From Bacilli bacterium (GTDB taxonomy: Bacteria; Bacillota_I; Bacilli_A; RF39; UBA660): 64,000 nucleotides of DNA. The stretch covers positions 4,086 through 68,085 of the forward strand of contig JAGAIS010000005.1 of assembly GCA_017626405.1 (NCBI GenBank), in the 5' to 3' direction. Both the position numbers and the translations under genes were made by a program. Shown here one piece after another: positions 58,415 to 64,000 of this stretch. The notes under the pieces are model-generated. The model did not search any database and was not told the DNA's origin. It saw nothing but the letters and a program-made list of their open reading frames with translations. Position 1 is the first letter of the stretch; each line of letters starts with the position of its first letter.

Positions 58415-58429
58415 TAATTAAAATGTTAA

Positions 58430-58475
58430 GAGTAGTTGACAAATTTCCAAGTAGAATTGGTAGAGTGCAACTACT
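58430..58475. promoter_or_regulatory. inverted repeats upstream of the XRE gene (likely operator)
   Basis: AGTAGTTG...CAACTACT flanking CCAA-gtagaa-TTGG. Confidence 0.45.
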
Positions 58476-58511
58476 TATTATTTTATAATAATTTCATGAA
58501 AGAGGTGAATT

Positions 58512-59132
58512 ATGAGTATAGGAGAAAGACTAATAAGTTTGCGAAAGTCAAAAAACTTATCTCAAGAACAAGTGGCAGATAAATTAAATGTTACTCGCCA
58601 GACAATATCGAAGTGGGAGACAGATCAGTCGATGCCTGATCTCGATAAGATAGTTCCGATTTGTGAATTATTTGGTATTTCAATAGATGAACTATTAAGT
58701 GGAAATAAAAGTAGAAAAGTAGAAGAAAAAGAAGAAGATCAAAAGACGATAAGAAAGAAAAAATCTTTGGGAATTGGTCTTGGCGTTTTAGGATATTTTA
58801 TAGCTATAGCATGGATAATGATATCAATTCTAGTTATGAGTTTAAATCCAATCGTTTCATCGGCGATATTTTTACTAATTTGTGGATTGGCAACATTTGT
58901 AATTATTTATTCCAGTATCAATTATAAGATTGAGCATAAAGAAAGACACGAAAATAAAGTAAAATCAGCTATTAAAGAAATCGCGGCTATTATTACATGT
59001 CTTATCTATTTTATTATTAGTTTTATTACTTTTGCTTGGCATATTACATGGATAATATGGGTGGCTTATGGATTAATCGAAGCTATAATTGATTTAATAT
59101 TTCAATTGAAGGAGAATGAAAATGAAGAATAA
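58512..59132 (+). CDS. XRE-family HTH regulator with C-terminal TM domain
   Basis: LSQEQVADKLNVTRQTISKWE...PD, then four TMs. Confidence 0.9.
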   Translation: MSIGERLISLRKSKNLSQEQVADKLNVTRQTISKWETDQSMPDLDKIVPICELFGISIDELLSGNKSRKVEEKEEDQKTIRKKKSLGIGLGVLGYFIAIAWIMISILVMSLNPIVSSAIFLLICGLATFVIIYSSINYKIEHKERHENKVKSAIKEIAAIITCLIYFIISFITFAWHITWIIWVAYGLIEAIIDLIFQLKENENEE

Positions 59133-59958
59133 ACCACTTATAATAACATTAATTGTAATCTTATCTATTCTTACTATTGGGATAGTTAGTCTATTAGTTT
59201 TATTATTAAATAATAGTACAAGTATAAATAAATTTTTCAGTAATGGATTCTATTCTACTAGCGAGACAATTATTCATGATCAATATTATGAAAATAAATA
59301 TGACTTGATAGATATTAAAAATTCTCTAGGTGATATTTTTATTCTAAACAGTGAAGATGAAAAAATTCATGTAGTAGTGTATGGAGATAAAAATCAATTG
59401 ACAATTAGAGATAGTAATAATTTAAAAATAGACTATAAGTCAAAGCCATGCTTTGGTTTCTGTTTTAATCAACCATCTTCTAAAGTAGAAATATATTTAC
59501 CTAGTACATATGATAAAGAAATTAATATAGAAAATAAGACCGGAGATATTAAGATTGAAGACTTTAAGGAAGCAATTTTAATCGTCGATTCAGACCTAGG
59601 TGACACTGACATAGGTACTGTTAAATCTCTAGAGATTACAAGTCATGCTGGAGATATTGAAGTAAATAAAGTAAATAGAATTAAAGCAATTAATAATCTA
59701 GGTGATATTAAAATAGACAAGGTAAATGAATTTTTAGATATAAAAGCAGATTGTGGCAATATTAAAATCAAATGTGTTGATATTAAGGAAAATTCAAAAA
59801 TTGAAAATAATATGGGTGATATTAAAATTAATTCTACCAATGATATTAGAATAGATGCAAAAGTAAACTTAGGTGAAGAAAAGGTTAATAATAGCAATTA
59901 TAAATCAGATATTGTTTTAAATTTAGAAAATAGTTGTGGCAATATCGAAGTAAATTAA
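59122..59958 (+). CDS. DUF4097 beta-strand repeat (adhesin-like) protein
   Basis: TM followed by repeated (N/S)xxGDIxI units. Confidence 0.85.
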   Translation: MKNKPLIITLIVILSILTIGIVSLLVLLLNNSTSINKFFSNGFYSTSETIIHDQYYENKYDLIDIKNSLGDIFILNSEDEKIHVVVYGDKNQLTIRDSNNLKIDYKSKPCFGFCFNQPSSKVEIYLPSTYDKEINIENKTGDIKIEDFKEAILIVDSDLGDTDIGTVKSLEITSHAGDIEVNKVNRIKAINNLGDIKIDKVNEFLDIKADCGNIKIKCVDIKENSKIENNMGDIKINSTNDIRIDAKVNLGEEKVNNSNYKSDIVLNLENSCGNIEVN

Positions 59959-59973
59959 ATATAAAAAAACTCT

Positions 59974-62079
59974 CTATTTAGAGAGTTTATTTTTTTTATT
60001 TAATGGTATCAGAGCAAATATCTCTATTGCTATAATAACACTACTAATTATTATATATATAGTAGGAGTTGTATAACTTCTCTTACTTCTAAGTTCAACT
60101 TTAAAAGTGAAAGATCCATTAGTCTTTTTACCATTTACAAATACATTTCCGTCAGGATAAATATTATAAGGTTCATAAGTATATGAACTAATGCCAATTG
60201 TATTTGTCGCATCTTCCATTGGAACTATAGTAATGTAATATGTCGATTTATTATCAACTTTAATAGTATTAAATCTAAATATTTTAAATTTATCATTTTT
60301 AATATCTTCTTTATTAAATACTATTGTTTCTACTACATTATAATTTTCATCTAATAATCTAAATTGATAATTGATATTGTCATCTTTATCTTCGACAATA
60401 AACTTTATAGAAACTGAATTAAAATCATCATAGGCAATAAACGATTGATATATTTTATCATTACCTATATTCTTATATGCTTCTGATCTACTTTTAACTT
60501 GATAGACTCTTGTATTAACATATTTGTCTTTTTTGATTACATATTTATGATAATTAGATATTAGTAAAAATATTGAAAGTACTAATAATGTGTATGGCAA
60601 AATTTTAGTTAGTTTATCATTTATTTTAATCTTACTAAAACTATCAATTCCGAGTGGAAATAGAATTATAAACCAAGGAAGAAAACTTAGACTATAACGA
60701 GCCTGTACTTCCCAGATACTATAGAATAGAAAAGCTCCAAAGATAGCTATATATAAGAACTTTAAATTAGATATTCTGTTATCTTTTTTTAGCTCTCTAA
60801 ATAGCATATAAGTTACTATAACCATAATCATAGATTTTAAGATTTGTAAGTAATACAAAATAAATATCATATTACATCCACCTATATATTCAAAATCTGA
60901 TCTTATAGTTTCGACAATTCTTATTTTATCTGGATAACGATATGCACCATTTGACCAAGCAAGAGCAATTTTTTGCCCCCATATTTTAATTAGTCCAATA
61001 GGTCCTAAGTCCTTGATACGAGTTTTAATTTCTTTTATATTGGCATCCATCTTTTCTTCTTTTGTTTTAAAAGATTTAGTGAAATCATGATCTATTTCAT
61101 TATATCTTCCGCCACTTTTATCATTAAGTCCCATCATAACCCAATGAGTTATTGGAAAAGCTAAAGTATCATCTTTTGGTATATCGAAATTCGATTCAAT
61201 AAGTGTATAGTTTACTAGACCTAAAATAAATCCAATAAGTAAACAAAGAGAGTATTTACAAGTTTTAATAAATCTTTTTTCATTTATGAAATTTGCAACT
61301 ATAGCAGCAATTAATACAAATACAACTACTAATCTAATCTGCATTCCTAACGCAATAATAAAACCAGTAATCACGAGTAAAATAATAGATGCTTTCTTAT
61401 TAGTCTTATGGATATTCAGTAATAGATAAATTGCAATAGAAGCAAAAGGCAAACATAGGGTATCTGTATAGAAATATGATGCATACATATAGAATATTGG
61501 ATTAAGTATAAAGAATAATAAACCTACGATTCCGTATTTACTAGATTTAATCTCTTTGATTGATAAGAAGGTAAAATAACTACTTACACTCATAAATAGA
61601 GAGTTTATAAGTGTAGCAAATACTTTCAAATTTCCAAACGATAATAGTTTTCCAATGTAATATACATAATATAGAAAAACTGTTAGGGGAACTTGATTAG
61701 TATATTTTCCAAAATAACCGATGTTAGTTACGATAGGACCATTTTGCATCATTAAGTTAAGTTCTCTTTCTACATGGCTTAAATCATAAGTTGGAACTAT
61801 TAAATGTCTAATTCCAAATATAGAAAGGGCAACAAAGAATAAAAACGAAAGTACTATCGCGAGTCTATTTAATCTTTTATCGCTAACTCGATCTAATTTT
61901 TTTAATATTCTAATAAAGAAATAAAAACCTACAATAACACCAATAATAATTATTAATGGGTTCAATACTTCATTTGTCGTTTGATAAAAATTTCCTAAAG
62001 CAGCTACTGTAGCTACGATAGAAACAATTATCGAAAATATAATCATTATTTTATAAGCACACTCTTTTAATTTATCCAT
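59974..62079 (-). CDS. GT-C (PMT/GT39-like) multi-pass glycosyltransferase
   Basis: Y...Y.NQ, FYTDT, HWVMMGL, WEVQARY; >10 TMs; extracellular beta domain. Confidence 0.7.
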   Translation of the reverse strand: MDKLKECAYKIMIIFSIIVSIVATVAALGNFYQTTNEVLNPLIIIIGVIVGFYFFIRILKKLDRVSDKRLNRLAIVLSFLFFVALSIFGIRHLIVPTYDLSHVERELNLMMQNGPIVTNIGYFGKYTNQVPLTVFLYYVYYIGKLLSFGNLKVFATLINSLFMSVSSYFTFLSIKEIKSSKYGIVGLLFFILNPIFYMYASYFYTDTLCLPFASIAIYLLLNIHKTNKKASIILLVITGFIIALGMQIRLVVVFVLIAAIVANFINEKRFIKTCKYSLCLLIGFILGLVNYTLIESNFDIPKDDTLAFPITHWVMMGLNDKSGGRYNEIDHDFTKSFKTKEEKMDANIKEIKTRIKDLGPIGLIKIWGQKIALAWSNGAYRYPDKIRIVETIRSDFEYIGGCNMIFILYYLQILKSMIMVIVTYMLFRELKKDNRISNLKFLYIAIFGAFLFYSIWEVQARYSLSFLPWFIILFPLGIDSFSKIKINDKLTKILPYTLLVLSIFLLISNYHKYVIKKDKYVNTRVYQVKSRSEAYKNIGNDKIYQSFIAYDDFNSVSIKFIVEDKDDNINYQFRLLDENYNVVETIVFNKEDIKNDKFKIFRFNTIKVDNKSTYYITIVPMEDATNTIGISSYTYEPYNIYPDGNVFVNGKKTNGSFTFKVELRSKRSYTTPTIYIIISSVIIAIEIFALIPLNKKNKLSK

Positions 62080-62156
62080 TTCATCACTTTCTTTTTCAAA
62101 CTCATTATACTATATAACAAGTTAGAAGTACAATAAATAAAAAAAAGTAGGAATTC

Positions 62157-62879
62157 CTACTTAATGATTGACTCTAGGGCTAGTGTTATCATCGTATTGA
62201 GTGATGTTTCACGATCTTCAGGACTGACAATTACATCAGGTTGATATTTTGAATCGACAATTGTTGCCAACATTGATGCTTGCTTATTACAATAAGCAGC
62301 AATATGCATAAGTCCAAATCCTTCCATCTCAACACACATTAAATCATCTTTAATTGGACATCTATTAATTAAATCAGATATATCACAGTAAACATCGAAT
62401 ACATCACTAGTGTATGTTGGTCCATATTTTAAATTAGTAATATTCATTTCTTTTGCTGTATTCAATATAATTTTATTTAATTCTTTAGAAGATTCAATAA
62501 AACTATTTTCACATTTTAAAAGAGTATTTTCAAAAGTTGATTCTGAATAAGCACCTGTCGATAATATGACATCTAATATCTTAGCATTGGGATTTAATGA
62601 TCCACTAGAACCTATTCTAATAATCTTTTCAACATTATAAAAATGATATAGTTCATAGGCATAGATTCCTACTGATGCAATTCCCATCCCAGAACCCATA
62701 ACTGTTACTCTAACACCTTTATAATAACCTGTATACCCAAGCATATTTCTAACACTGTTTACTAAAACAGCATCTTCTAAAAAATTCTCTGCAATATATT
62801 TTGCTCGCAAAGGATCACCCGGAAGTAAAACTATTGGAGCAATACTATCTTTTTCAGCCACTATATGTACTGGTTCCAT
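62157..62879 (-). CDS. deoD: purine nucleoside phosphorylase DeoD-type
   Basis: LLPGDPLRAKYIAE, RNMLGYTG, GSGMG, IRIGS, VEME. Confidence 0.93.
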   Translation of the reverse strand: MEPVHIVAEKDSIAPIVLLPGDPLRAKYIAENFLEDAVLVNSVRNMLGYTGYYKGVRVTVMGSGMGIASVGIYAYELYHFYNVEKIIRIGSSGSLNPNAKILDVILSTGAYSESTFENTLLKCENSFIESSKELNKIILNTAKEMNITNLKYGPTYTSDVFDVYCDISDLINRCPIKDDLMCVEMEGFGLMHIAAYCNKQASMLATIVDSKYQPDVIVSPEDRETSLNTMITLALESIIK

Positions 62880-62969
62880 ATCATCACCTATTATAATAAT
62901 AGCATAAGTATGTTATAATGACATTATAAAAAAAATTATTTTACGCATAATAAAATGAGAGGTGTCAAT

Positions 62970-64000
62970 ATGGTTTATAAGAGCTATAAAATGGGGTCAT
63001 ACAATCTCCATACAATAAAGACAAACAGGTTTAAAACGATAAGAATGGAGATAATGTTTAGAAATAACATTAATCCTGAAAATATTGTAAAAAGAACAAT
63101 GTTATTTGAATTGCTACTCGAAAGTAGTAAGAAATACAAATCTAAAAGAGATTTGATATTGAAATGTGAAGAACTTTATAATGCCAATATATATGCCGAA
63201 ACTATGAAAGTAGGAAATGAGGTAGTAAGTGCAATAAACTATGAGATATTAGATCCCAAATATACTGACGATTTAGATTTAGAAGAAGCACTAAAGTTGC
63301 CTTTCGATATTATTTTTAATCCCGATGTAATAGATACAGAATTTAACGAGGAAAAACTTGAAACTATTAAAATACGTTCTTTAGCTGAACTGGATGCTCT
63401 AAAAGAAAATTCCAAAAGATATGCTATTTCGGAAGCTTTAAAAGCTATGGATTCAAAATCAGTATCGAGTATTAATATCCTAGGCGATAGGGAATCTATT
63501 AATCGAGTAAACAAGTCTAATATTTTTCAAGAATATATGTATATATTAGAACATGACTATATTGATATATATGTTATAGGAGACATTAATGAAGACAAAA
63601 TAATTGATATTGTTAATAAACACCAACATTTCAACACAATAAAACATCATGAGGTATCTTTATATGTCGATAATAAAGTTAGAACGAGAATAAACAAAGT
63701 AGATGCAAAGGAGAAATTAAATCAGTCTCAATTGATATATATTATGAATTTGAATAATCTATCAAAATTTGAAACTTCTTATGTATCACATATCTTTAAC
63801 CATATATTAGGTGGAGGTTCTCTAGATTCTAGATTATATAAAAATTTAAGAATAGATAATTCTCTTTGTTATTCGGTTTCTAGTAATTATAGTAAATATG
63901 ATCGATTAATGATTATATCTACATCTATTGATAAAGATAATATTAAACTTGCCAAAAAGTTAATAGAGGACGCAATAAAGAGTATGGGTGCAAATGTAAG
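62970..64000 (+). CDS. M16 peptidase-like protein (YmfF-like), truncated by window end, not in ORF track
   Basis: GAGGTG SD; MVYKSYKMGSYNLHTIKTNRFKT...; later ILGGGSLDSRLYKNLR..NSLCYSVSS. Confidence 0.85.
   Translation, partial: MVYKSYKMGSYNLHTIKTNRFKTIRMEIMFRNNINPENIVKRTMLFELLLESSKKYKSKRDLILKCEELYNANIYAETMKVGNEVVSAINYEILDPKYTDDLDLEEALKLPFDIIFNPDVIDTEFNEEKLETIKIRSLAELDALKENSKRYAISEALKAMDSKSVSSINILGDRESINRVNKSNIFQEYMYILEHDYIDIYVIGDINEDKIIDIVNKHQHFNTIKHHEVSLYVDNKVRTRINKVDAKEKLNQSQLIYIMNLNNLSKFETSYVSHIFNHILGGGSLDSRLYKNLRIDNSLCYSVSSNYSKYDRLMIISTSIDKDNIKLAKKLIEDAIKSMGANV

Overview
Very AT-rich chromosomal window, read with genetic code 11, from a low-GC Firmicute. The gene mix (sporulation remnants, pilin-like surface proteins, nrdDG, standalone PduL, three tRNA operons) suggests a reduced-genome uncultured gut Bacilli lineage such as RF39; this placement is inference only. 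Most of the window is housekeeping: ABC-F, trmL, 12 tRNAs, topB, argS, yebC, an OmpR/HK pair, cdaA-cdaR, gpmI, a phosphohexomutase, nrdDG, deoD and an M16 peptidase. The standout is a compact type VII (ESX/Wss) secretion locus at 20.3-28.2 kb. It encodes EssC, a YukD/EsaB-like protein, five small helical WXG100/Lap-like proteins and a signal-peptide-less SleB-type cell-wall hydrolase. It has no essA/essB/esaA and no immunity gene before the terminator. Three unannotated promoter-to-terminator non-coding units were also found: a ~340-nt multi-domain structured RNA at 31.2 kb, a ~110-nt sRNA apparently controlled by the adjacent two-component system at 37.4 kb, and a ~200-nt unit at 52.5 kb whose promoter is nearly identical to the essC promoter. 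Other notable items are a SipW/TasA-like fibre cluster, a pilin-like protein family, a ferredoxin with a metallothionein-like tail, a sigma-G-type promoter, a non-NrdR palindrome pair before nrdD, and an orphan MvaI/BcnI nuclease. All family calls come from motif recognition by eye, not from database searches.
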